From an uncultured Gammaproteobacteria bacterium (GTDB lineage: Bacteria; Patescibacteriota; Microgenomatia; UBA10105; UBA927): 64,000 nucleotides of DNA. This document shows, piece by piece, positions 18,737 to 27,280 of this stretch. How positions within the stretch are numbered: position 1 is the stretch's first letter; every line of letters begins with the position of its first letter. The stretch spans positions 18,647 to 82,646 of the forward strand of contig CAZUOM010000005.1 in the NCBI GenBank assembly GCA_964621305.1, in the 5' to 3' direction. The position numbers and the translations under genes were made by a program. Below the pieces are notes generated by a model. It was given only the letters and a program-made list of their open reading frames with translations. It ran no database searches and had not been told where the DNA came from.

Positions 18737-20388
18737 GCTCGGCTGGCGGCAGTGAGAAAATCTAGAAACAGCGGATGTGGCCGAAGTGGGCGAGAACGAT
18801 ATTCAGGATGAAATTGCGTGCCGAGAAAAAATGGGTGAACGCTTTTAGGTAATTCAATGATTTCAACCAGGTTCTCGACCACCGATCTTCCCGAAATCAC
18901 AAAACCGGCATCTTCAAATTGCTTTGTATACGCTTCGTTAAATTCGTAGCGGTGCCTGTGCCGCTCACCAACAATTTTTTTGGATGCATTGTCATACCCT
19001 TTCTCGCTCGTATAACTTAGATCTGCTAGCGTTCCTTCTTTTACTTTGCACTCCCACCGCCCCAAACGCATAGTACCGCCATAGGCGCGGCGTTTAAGAA
19101 TTTTGTCCTGGCCGCTAATCATGTGGATAACGGGGTGATTGGTATCTACATCACATTCGAGAGTATGAGCATCACGAAGCCCCAAGGCGTTGCGAGCAAA
19201 CTCGACAACTGCCAATTGCATGCCGTAGCAAAGGCCTAAGTATGGAATCTTGTTGACGCGGGCAAAATTAATGGCTTTTATTTTCCCCTCCACCCCCCGC
19301 GGCCCCCAGCCAATCGGCACGATAATACTATCTGCCTCAGAAAGGTACTCGTAACTTCCTTTTTCCAGATTCTCCGCCTGGATCCAGCGGACGTTAGTCG
19401 CGATGCCGAGATTCCACGAGGCATGGTCGATTGCGTCCATGAGAGCGGCGTAACTATCGCGGAGTTGATACTCGCCTGTGGCAAAGTACTTCCCTACAAT
19501 TGCGATTCTGACAGACTGTGATTTTTTCTTTTTTAGACGCGAAACCATATTCGACCACTGAGTCAGATGTAGTTTCTTGCCAGGCATGTCAAGAAGGGTA
19601 AGAATTTTCTCATCCATGCCTTGCGAGGCAAGTGACAGAGGCGTTTCGTAGACGCTGGTCTGGTCCACGCTGTTGATGATGTGATCAGTTTCGACGTTGC
19701 AAAAAAGGGCCAGACGATTGCGACGACGCTCGTCCATGGGTTTTTCCGACCTGGCGACGATAAAATCCGGCTGAATACCCATGGAGTTGAGAGTTCGAAC
19801 CGATAGTTGGGTGGGCTTAGTCTTTGGCTCCCCCAAGTGATAAGGAGTCGGTAAGTAGCTCACGTGGACGTGGACGACTTTATTTTTTTTGTTGTGCGCG
19901 AGAATCCTCGAAGCCTCATAATAAAGAACATTTTGATACTCGCCCGCAGTGCCACCGAGTTCAACCACAACGATATCTGCTTTTTCTTTTTCCCCGGCTT
20001 CGCCAATTCGACGGATAATTTCATCAGTCACATCTGGTACGGCCTCAACGTCCTCACCATTGTATTCAAAGTTGCGCTCGCGATCTATAACCGCCTTGTA
20101 AATCTGCCCCATGGTGATGAAGTTGCGCCGGTACATATTTTTGTCCAGAAACTTCTCATAGCTGCCCATGTCCATGTCTGCCTCTGTTCCGTCTTCGCAC
20201 AGAAAGGGATCGCCGTGCTCTATGGGGTTAATCAATCCCGCATCGATATTGAGGTAATTTTCGCACTTTACAGGAGTAACTCTATATCCGCGAGACTGGA
20301 GAAGTAGGGCTATAGAGGCTGTCGTAACGCCTTTTCCAAGGCCTGAGATGACGCCACCAGAGACAAAAATGTACTTTGTGGGTTGCAC
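18733..20388 (-). CDS. pyrG: CTP synthase
   Basis: 551 aa; N-terminal KYIFVSGGVISGLGKG and C-terminal glutamine amidotransferase domain (LGLCYGMQLAVVEFARN). Confidence 0.95.
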   Translation of the reverse strand: MQPTKYIFVSGGVISGLGKGVTTASIALLLQSRGYRVTPVKCENYLNIDAGLINPIEHGDPFLCEDGTEADMDMGSYEKFLDKNMYRRNFITMGQIYKAVIDRERNFEYNGEDVEAVPDVTDEIIRRIGEAGEKEKADIVVVELGGTAGEYQNVLYYEASRILAHNKKNKVVHVHVSYLPTPYHLGEPKTKPTQLSVRTLNSMGIQPDFIVARSEKPMDERRRNRLALFCNVETDHIINSVDQTSVYETPLSLASQGMDEKILTLLDMPGKKLHLTQWSNMVSRLKKKKSQSVRIAIVGKYFATGEYQLRDSYAALMDAIDHASWNLGIATNVRWIQAENLEKGSYEYLSEADSIIVPIGWGPRGVEGKIKAINFARVNKIPYLGLCYGMQLAVVEFARNALGLRDAHTLECDVDTNHPVIHMISGQDKILKRRAYGGTMRLGRWECKVKEGTLADLSYTSEKGYDNASKKIVGERHRHRYEFNEAYTKQFEDAGFVISGRSVVENLVEIIELPKSVHPFFLGTQFHPEYRSRPLRPHPLFLDFLTAASRA

Positions 20389-20442
20389 AATTTAAGATAC
20401 CAAAAGATAACCACATTCGTCAATATTAAAAAAACGACAACT

Positions 20443-20703
20443 CTATTCGATTCGAAGTTTGCTTAAAGTAACATTCCAATCTTTTTTCGCTTTTTGCATT
20501 GCTTCTTCTACCGTCATGCCTTGATCCCTATTCCTGCCCCTCTCCCGCGGCATAAGTCCTTCCTCCAGTGCTTCATCCGCTTCCTCACGAAGTTTGGCAA
20601 GCCGCCCCTCAAGCGTCCGCTCTTCTCCAAAGATAGCGGTTTCCCATTGGGATTGAATAACCATGTGGGTATTATTTACCGTGCCTCTGTCTGTTTCTTT
20701 CAT
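20443..20703 (-). CDS. small MazG-like all-alpha NTP pyrophosphohydrolase domain protein (putative)
   Basis: 86 aa; acidic helix LAKLREEADEALEEGL resembles the EExxE metal-binding helix of MazG/HisE-type NTP-PPases; region looks compositionally different from its flanks by eye. Confidence 0.3.
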   Translation of the reverse strand: MKETDRGTVNNTHMVIQSQWETAIFGEERTLEGRLAKLREEADEALEEGLMPRERGRNRDQGMTVEEAMQKAKKDWNVTLSKLRIE

Positions 20704-20988
20704 ACACGATCCCCACTATAATATCGCCAATCCTCGTTATCGGCTGTTCTTGCCACCTATGGTTATTCGCTATGTACTCCTTAAATGAATTTTTATCGCC
20801 CATCCTAACCACACTCCGAAGCCGCGTTTGGGAGGGTTGGCGAGCATATCTTCCCACTCTGTCCCGTCCTTGTCGCAATCTGTTTCCTTTACTAATTGTT
20901 CTTCGGGTACGTCTTTGCCAAGGGATAAATAGGCGATACGCAAAGATGCCGGGCCGCAGGACCACTCCAGTTCCTGCTTATACGGCAT
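20672..20988 (-). pseudogene. possible frameshifted remnant of a papain-like C39-family cysteine peptidase domain
   Basis: two overlapping same-strand ORFs in different frames (20770..20988 and 20672..20965); the first contains a C39-like Cys-box EWSCGPASLRIAYLSLGKDV...DGT; sense continues in the other frame after ~20810. Confidence 0.2.
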
Positions 20989-21029
20989 TATGCAATCTAT
21001 CGCCTTAATGGTTACTCCTCTTATCTACT

Positions 21030-21362
21030 TCATTTCCCCTGTAATTCTCTGGAAATCCTATCCCTTGCACCCATTACCTGATCCGCCATTTCGGCACAAT
21101 CCGAGTATTCGGGCATATTCCCAGTCGCTACCGCAAGTTCGCACCATGCTTTTACATAAGTCTTGTCCAGTTCCCGTGCGTCCAGAGATTCAGCCGTCAG
21201 CCTTCTTATCTTGGCTTCCGCAGCCGACAGGCGGTTAAGAGCATCTATCAACACCCCGCCGGCCGCTGTATTGCCGAAAACAAAAACTGTACCCACGACT
21301 AAATCCCGTTTATGAGTATTCAGAAACTTACCTGCTTCCGTTAGTTTTCCTTTGATTTGCAT
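21030..21362 (-). CDS. hypothetical protein
   Basis: 110 aa ORF, no recognisable motif; part of the small odd-composition island between pyrG and pyrE. Confidence 0.3.
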   Translation of the reverse strand: MQIKGKLTEAGKFLNTHKRDLVVGTVFVFGNTAAGGVLIDALNRLSAAEAKIRRLTAESLDARELDKTYVKAWCELAVATGNMPEYSDCAEMADQVMGARDRISRELQGK

Positions 21363-21475
21363 AATCCATCACCATCCTTTCCCAAAGATCGTTTTCGAAA
21401 TTATTAATTACTGTATTCGGATACAAAAATCAAGTGTAATGTTCAAAATTAGCTATTAAGTGTGTTAAACTTAGG

Positions 21476-21625
21476 TTGATTTTACGGGCTGAATGCAAGA
21501 AATGTTCCGGAAAAAAGTTTTGGATGGTCAGAAGAGGTAAGTTGAAGTGTAAAAAATGCGGGTACGAGTTTGTCTCCAGGATTGGAGTAATAAGTCTAAC
21601 GAGGTATCAATGGAGAGCATTTTAA
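21476..21625 (+). CDS. orphan zinc-ribbon mini-ORF (C-x2-C-x13-C-x2-C), possible IS1595-type transposase N-terminal remnant
   Basis: translation ...ECKKCSGKKFWMVRRGKLKCKKCGYEFVSRIG...* ; ATG at 21524, possible TTG start at 21476, in-frame TAA at 21437; lies in a 475-bp non-coding gap. Confidence 0.2.
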   Translation: MILRAECKKCSGKKFWMVRRGKLKCKKCGYEFVSRIGVISLTRYQWRAF

Positions 21626-21835
21626 ACCGATAAAATCCAGTAAAGACATGCCCCGTGGGGGAAGGACAAGAATATCAACGTCACTTTCCTCCTGCCAAAA
21701 TTGTCCGCGCGAGAGATCCAAAAAAAGCCGCTTTTACCACACCGTACCGCCGCATGATGGGTGTAAGGATATCCGAATACTGTTTGAGTTGCGTCGTCAT
21801 ACTGTTATTCTACCGATTCTTAATACATGCCGCTT

Positions 21836-22492
21836 TCATGCGGACGCGGATTTCTCTTCTAAAAATTTTTTCCCGTGGCCAATTTTGATATTAATTGGTC
21901 TACCAGCTTTACACAGAGGACAGACCGCCGCATCAAATGCTTCGGCTTTCAGGACGCCGAGAGCAGAAAATGGCGCGCCGACCAAATCTGCGTTGACATG
22001 CTCTGGATCTCGGTTGACCATAACACAAACGGCTACAACGGTACCGCCTGCAGTGCGCACGGCGTCCACGACTTTCTTTACCGACATGCCAGTCGTCGTG
22101 AGATCTTCAATGACTAATACGTTCTTTCCGGGGATAAGCTTGTCATAGCCACGTCGAAATGATTGCTCGCTTTCGACTGCTGAGGCTAGCGTCCCTTTAT
22201 CTTTCTCAGTATAAGCGCTCAGTATTTCTTTCTTTTTCAGCTCGGAAAGGTGATAGGCTACCCACTGTGAAAGAATCGTTCCACCTACGGCTGGCGCAAC
22301 CACTACATCAATTTTCTTGTTTTTAAATTTTTCGGCAAACATTTTCCCTGCCTTTGACGTTTCACCAGTGTGGGGGTAGAGCGCGTCTTTATTGATGTAG
22401 ACGCTCCCATGTTTTCCCGACGTATAGACAAAATGATCATCCACAAGTACCGCTCCTATCTTTTTGAGAATTTGAATAATGCCTTTGTTCAT
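21836..22492 (-). CDS. pyrE: orotate phosphoribosyltransferase
   Basis: 218 aa; type-I PRTase PRPP-binding motif VLVIEDLTTTGMS; adjacent to pyrF. Confidence 0.8.
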   Translation of the reverse strand: MNKGIIQILKKIGAVLVDDHFVYTSGKHGSVYINKDALYPHTGETSKAGKMFAEKFKNKKIDVVVAPAVGGTILSQWVAYHLSELKKKEILSAYTEKDKGTLASAVESEQSFRRGYDKLIPGKNVLVIEDLTTTGMSVKKVVDAVRTAGGTVVAVCVMVNRDPEHVNADLVGAPFSALGVLKAEAFDAAVCPLCKAGRPINIKIGHGKKFLEEKSASA

Positions 22493-22497
22493 ATCAC

Positions 22498-23352
22498 TTA
22501 TCGGTGTCGATTGATTCCTGCTTTTAGCAGTTGCGTGGCTTGTCGTGCTTTTTGAGCAAAATTTTCTCCAGATGATGCGAAAATGATAGCTCGTGAGGAG
22601 TTGATCATCAAGCCGCCTTTTTGGTTGTTAAGGCCTGCCTGAAGGGTTTTTTGAATGTCTCCTCCTTGCGTGCCGATTCCTGGCACAAGGAGCGGCATTT
22701 CGTCTCCCACTATTCGTCGCACAATGGCAAGCTCAGTAGGGTAGGTAGCTGCGACGACTAAACCACAGTTGCCGTTCGTATTCCACTCACGGCTCACCTT
22801 TTCGGCAACTACTTGGTAGAGCGGCTTGCCACCTGTCTTGAGATCCTGCAGCTCTCCTGCCCCTGGATTGGATGTGCGGCACAAAATGATGCAGCCTTTG
22901 TCCTTTCTATCCAAAAACGGCTGAAGTGCTTCGCGGCCAAGATACGGGTGAAGCGTGATGGCATCGACACCAAGGTAATCAAAGGCGTAGGCCACATACC
23001 CCTCGTTTGTGCTCCCAATGTCAGCTCGTTTAGCATCGAGAATAATGGGTATATCCGGATACGTTACGCGTAGGTAATCGCACGTCATTTTTAGCTCTCT
23101 TATGCCCTCTGCCCCGCGCGCTTCATAAAATGCGCTATTCGGTTTATACGCGCAGACGAGGTCATGAGTCGCGTCAATGATGGATTTGTTGAAGGTAAAC
23201 TGGGGCGTTTTGTCCTCTTGTAGACGTTGCGGAATCTTACGAATATCGCTATCTAGCCCCACGCAGACAAGAGAATTATTTTTCTTAACGATCGCATCAA
23301 GTTTCTGCTCAATTGGCCTAGACTTTTTATTCATATTCTGCGAGTAAGCCAT
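22498..23352 (-). CDS. pyrF: orotidine-5'-phosphate decarboxylase (long, type 2)
   Basis: 284 aa; LVCVGLDSD and ILDAKRADIGSTNEGY motifs of OMP decarboxylase. Confidence 0.85.
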   Translation of the reverse strand: MAYSQNMNKKSRPIEQKLDAIVKKNNSLVCVGLDSDIRKIPQRLQEDKTPQFTFNKSIIDATHDLVCAYKPNSAFYEARGAEGIRELKMTCDYLRVTYPDIPIILDAKRADIGSTNEGYVAYAFDYLGVDAITLHPYLGREALQPFLDRKDKGCIILCRTSNPGAGELQDLKTGGKPLYQVVAEKVSREWNTNGNCGLVVAATYPTELAIVRRIVGDEMPLLVPGIGTQGGDIQKTLQAGLNNQKGGLMINSSRAIIFASSGENFAQKARQATQLLKAGINRHR

Positions 23353-24680
23353 TGACCAGAATTTTGTCCCACAATTTTTCCTTTTTCATATACCAGGTTT
23401 CCTCGCAAGAATGTTGCTATTGGCCTACCGATAAGCTTCATTCCTTCATAGGCTGACCAGCGCTGCTTTGTAAATAAATCTTCTTTTTTTACAACCCAAG
23501 GTGTTTTCAGATCGACAATGGTGAAATCCGCATCGTTACCTATATTTATACCAGATTTTTGTGGATATCCAAAAAACTTGGCTACATTAGTTGAACTACA
23601 ACGAGCAAGACGGATTAGTCCTTCTTCAAGAGTATCAAGTCCAAACGTTTTTACCCAGCCAGTCAAAAAAGCCGCGACGCTTTCTTGTATTCCAGGGGTG
23701 CCGCTAACCGCCTTCCAGATATCTCCCTTTTTCTCGCTTAATGGATGTGGAGTGTGTTCAGAACAAATCCCATCTACCATACCCTGCCGAACCATTTGCC
23801 ACAACTGTCGCGTTTCTTTTACGCCTCGAAGCGCAGGACATACTTTGATTAGCTTGCCATATTTCTTGTAATCTCTTGTACTGAAAAACAACTGGTAGAC
23901 AGCAATCTCTCCTCCTGTCTGAATCCCTTGTTTTCGGCCATAAGCTATAGCCTCAAATTCTCCTTGCGTACTTGCATGAAGAATCCATAACTTTGTACCA
24001 AAGTGTTTAGCCAAAACTATCGCTTCCCATGACGCCATTTCTACCACAAGCTCACTCCGAGCTTCTGAGTACGCCAACATGTCCATGCGTCCGGCCTTTT
24101 TATATGCCTTTTCACGGCTCGTGACTAGATCTTGATTTTCAGCATGCACAAGAACCGGAAATGAACGTCTCGCCGCTATCTCCCAAATACGTGCTTGGTC
24201 AGAAAGCTTAGGAATCGTCGTTGGCGTCGTCTGATGCCCTGCTGTAAATACTTTGACACCAGTGATTTCTCTGGGATCGACTTTCTCAAGTTCTGGTATA
24301 TCAGAAACAGAAACACCGAAATTAATGGCAAAATCACAGTATGAATTCTTTTTATAGCGTTCGATCTGTTCATGAAGTAATTTAACTGTGGTTGTCGGAG
24401 GAAGCACATTGGGCATGTCAAAAACTGTTGTGAATCCGCCAGCCAAAGCTGCCCGAGACCCATGAGCTATTGTTTCTTTATGTTCGAGTCCAGGCTCCCG
24501 AAAATGTGCGTGTGTTTCAATAAGTCCCGGAAGTACATATTTCCCATTGGCATCAAAGAACTGGGCTTCGTCACCTGGATGTGAACTGATTTGTTTAATT
24601 TTGCCTTTTTCAATGCGAATGCCTCCCAGAATGATTTTGTCTGCGGTCACTATACGTGCGTTTTTAATACCCTTGATCAT
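23331..24680 (-). CDS. pyrC: dihydroorotase
   Basis: 449 aa; amidohydrolase metal-binding start GLIETHAHFREPG and cyclic-amidohydrolase architecture; in a pyr operon. Confidence 0.85.
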   Translation of the reverse strand: MIKGIKNARIVTADKIILGGIRIEKGKIKQISSHPGDEAQFFDANGKYVLPGLIETHAHFREPGLEHKETIAHGSRAALAGGFTTVFDMPNVLPPTTTVKLLHEQIERYKKNSYCDFAINFGVSVSDIPELEKVDPREITGVKVFTAGHQTTPTTIPKLSDQARIWEIAARRSFPVLVHAENQDLVTSREKAYKKAGRMDMLAYSEARSELVVEMASWEAIVLAKHFGTKLWILHASTQGEFEAIAYGRKQGIQTGGEIAVYQLFFSTRDYKKYGKLIKVCPALRGVKETRQLWQMVRQGMVDGICSEHTPHPLSEKKGDIWKAVSGTPGIQESVAAFLTGWVKTFGLDTLEEGLIRLARCSSTNVAKFFGYPQKSGINIGNDADFTIVDLKTPWVVKKEDLFTKQRWSAYEGMKLIGRPIATFLRGNLVYEKGKIVGQNSGQWLTRRI

Positions 24681-24687
24681 TCTAATT

Positions 24688-26340
24688 CTAATGGGTAGCC
24701 AGTGTAACGACAGGTACTTTTTTTATTTGTAGTTTTCCTTTTTCTTTATAAACTACGATGTTTTTCTGCCATTCACTCTTTATTTTAGGATAGTCCGACC
24801 TAAAATGAGCTCCTCGACTTTCTTTTCGCTCAAGAGCTGCATGAATGATGATTTTTGCAACCACAAGCATTTCTTGTGTCTCCAACGTACTTTGAAGTGT
24901 ATCTAGTGTTGCTTTTAAATTATTTGCTTTCTTTTGAAGATCTTCTACAACTCTTTTAGCTTTTACTAAGCTATTTTTGTTTCGTACGATTCCTACAAAA
25001 TCCCACATTGTTTGTTTAAGTTTGGACATCAACTCTTCAAAACTCGCGCCATTGGGTTTATTCAATAATTTCTGAATACGATTATATTCTGAGTTTACTT
25101 TTGACTTAGGAATATCTGGGAATTTCTGCGATTTTATATACCATGCCGCCCGTAAGCCACAACGCCTGCCAAATACTTGTAGTTCAGCTAGTGAATTCCC
25201 CCCCAGCCTATTGGCTCCATGCACTCCTCCGGCGACCTCGCCACAGGAAAAAAAACCGGCAACTGTGCTCTCTCCCCACTCGTTTATCTTCACTCCTCCC
25301 ATAACATGGTGCATTGTAGGAGTTATTTCCATGCGCTCTTTGGCTATATCGACGCCTATTTTTCGATATTTCTCTTGGACATCTGGAATGAGTTTGATTA
25401 TTTCCTGACGAGAGAGGTGAGTAACGTCGAGCCACACCCCACCATTTTGGGTCCCTCTTCCCTCTTTTATTTCCGTATAGATAGCTCGGGTCACCTCGTC
25501 TCGACCTGCTAGTTCTAATCGCTCTGGCTGATACTTTTTCATAAATCGTTCGTTTTTTGAGTTCCATAGAGTTCCCTTATGTCCACGAACTTTTTCTGTG
25601 ATTAAACTCCCCCTCACCGATGGGGGAAATACCATACCAGTAGGGTGGAATTGAATCATTTCCATGTCCACAAGTTTTGCACCGATATCGTAGGCATACG
25701 CGTACCCTTCTCCAGTATTACTCGGTTCATTTGACGTAACCAGATATAGTTGACCAGCCCCGCCTGAGCTTAAAACGACAGCTTTAGCTTTAAATAAAGT
25801 GAATTCTTTATGCGCAGTGTCATAGGCAAACGCTCCTGCGGCTTTTCCATGGGAGGTAAATATTTTTGTCACGTAGTAGTTTGAGTAAAAAGGAACCTTT
25901 CGACGTTTGATTTCGCGAGCCAAACCCTTCATTATTTCTCGGCCGGTGTAGTCACCTACACAAAGGTTTAAGGGTGCAGACTGTTTACCCCCTGCCCAGG
26001 TATAAAACGTGCCATCGGGTAGTCGATCAAAACGGACGCCATAGGATTCAAGATCATAAATCCTATCAGGCATCTCTCGAGTAAAGATATCAACCAAGAC
26101 TTGATTGTTAATAAGCGCTCCTCCCTTTATAGTGTCATCATAGTGCTGTTTAGGCGTGGCTGGCGCTTTAATTGCAACATTAAGGCCACCCATAGCTTTT
26201 TCTGTATGGGCCCTGCCGAAGGGTTCTTTCGAGATTATAGCTATTTTTACTTTCTCGCTAGACGCCTCAATGGCTGCCCGCAAACCAGCGCCGCCTGCGC
26301 CGATTATCAGAAGATCGGTGATTATTGTTTTATACTTCAT
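24688..26340 (-). CDS. FAD-dependent flavoprotein of the SdhA/FrdA/NadB family (L-aspartate oxidase or soluble fumarate reductase)
   Basis: 550 aa; Rossmann start IIGAGGAGLRAA, HVMGGV...GEVAGGVHGANRLGGNSL and C-terminal ESRGAHFRSDYP motifs; no SdhB/C/D partners nearby. Confidence 0.7.
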   Translation of the reverse strand: MKYKTIITDLLIIGAGGAGLRAAIEASSEKVKIAIISKEPFGRAHTEKAMGGLNVAIKAPATPKQHYDDTIKGGALINNQVLVDIFTREMPDRIYDLESYGVRFDRLPDGTFYTWAGGKQSAPLNLCVGDYTGREIMKGLAREIKRRKVPFYSNYYVTKIFTSHGKAAGAFAYDTAHKEFTLFKAKAVVLSSGGAGQLYLVTSNEPSNTGEGYAYAYDIGAKLVDMEMIQFHPTGMVFPPSVRGSLITEKVRGHKGTLWNSKNERFMKKYQPERLELAGRDEVTRAIYTEIKEGRGTQNGGVWLDVTHLSRQEIIKLIPDVQEKYRKIGVDIAKERMEITPTMHHVMGGVKINEWGESTVAGFFSCGEVAGGVHGANRLGGNSLAELQVFGRRCGLRAAWYIKSQKFPDIPKSKVNSEYNRIQKLLNKPNGASFEELMSKLKQTMWDFVGIVRNKNSLVKAKRVVEDLQKKANNLKATLDTLQSTLETQEMLVVAKIIIHAALERKESRGAHFRSDYPKIKSEWQKNIVVYKEKGKLQIKKVPVVTLATH

Positions 26341-26347
26341 TTTCCTC

Positions 26348-27280
26348 TTACAACATAAGCGCTAGGAGGGCCATACGCACGTACATACCGTTTCGCATTT
26401 GTTCGGTTATATAGACAGCTCGCCTATCTTGATCGCTGTCCATCGTAATTTCACCAACTCTGGGAAACGGATGCATGACAATTGCTGTTTTTTTCATTTT
26501 CGCCAAGATTTTGGGTGTCACAACATAACGATGTTTCAGTTTTTCGTAGAGCTCAAAATCAGAAAATCGTTCTTTTTGAACACGAGTAACATATAAAACG
26601 TCCGTTTCAGAAAGAATCGGATCAAGATTCTCATATTCAGAAAAGTTGACTTTCCGCTCTTTAAGAAGAGCAAGGAGAGTGGGCGATACGCGCAAATGGT
26701 CCGGCGAGACAAAATTGAGTTTCACGCCTTTATAGAGCGATACGAGTTTGGCAAGAGAATGGATGGTTCTGCCATTGTACATATCGCCAATCATGCTGAT
26801 CGCAAGGCCCCCCAACTTTGGAAAATGGCGGGTAATCGTATAAAAATCGAGAAGCGCCTGGGTCGGATGCTCGCCTATGCCATCTCCGGCGTTTATGACT
26901 GGTTTTTGGCAAAATTCAGAGGCGATCTTGGCAGAGCCTACTTCCGGGTGACGGATCACGATAATATCGGAAAAACTTTCGAAAGTCCGCACAGTATCTG
27001 GCAGCGACTCACCCTTTGAGACGGAGGAATAGGTCACGCCTTGCAAAGGAATAATACTGCCTCCAAGCCGTTGCATAGCGGCAATGAATGACCCAAATGT
27101 CCTGCTTGATGGCTCGTAAAAGAGCGCTGTCATAACCTTTCCTCTGAGTTGATCATTGCCTCCTTTTGTTTCAACAAGCCGTTTCATTCGACTAGCCTGC
27201 TCGACCACTATATCAAGGTCATACGTACTAAACTGCTCCGCACTCAAGATGTCGTGGTGGGAAAAATTATTTTTAGCCAT
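26348..27280 (-). CDS. pyrB: aspartate carbamoyltransferase catalytic subunit
   Basis: 310 aa; carbamoyl-phosphate-binding SSRTFGSF and HPTQALLD (HPTQ rather than HPCQ favours ATCase over OTCase). Confidence 0.85.
   Translation of the reverse strand: MAKNNFSHHDILSAEQFSTYDLDIVVEQASRMKRLVETKGGNDQLRGKVMTALFYEPSSRTFGSFIAAMQRLGGSIIPLQGVTYSSVSKGESLPDTVRTFESFSDIIVIRHPEVGSAKIASEFCQKPVINAGDGIGEHPTQALLDFYTITRHFPKLGGLAISMIGDMYNGRTIHSLAKLVSLYKGVKLNFVSPDHLRVSPTLLALLKERKVNFSEYENLDPILSETDVLYVTRVQKERFSDFELYEKLKHRYVVTPKILAKMKKTAIVMHPFPRVGEITMDSDQDRRAVYITEQMRNGMYVRMALLALML

Noticed and set aside
20672-20965. 97-aa ORF taken at face value as a protein
   Set aside because: Its N-terminal half is Arg-rich out-of-frame read-through of the C39-like ORF. 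Only the distal ~45 codons look protein-like, so the pair was interpreted as one frameshifted pseudogene instead.
21648-22148. 166-aa plus-strand ORF
   Set aside because: Most of it is antisense to the well-supported pyrE gene; it is low-complexity Ser/Thr/Arg-rich, with no start context. Only its first ~60 codons lie in the intergenic gap and show no motif.
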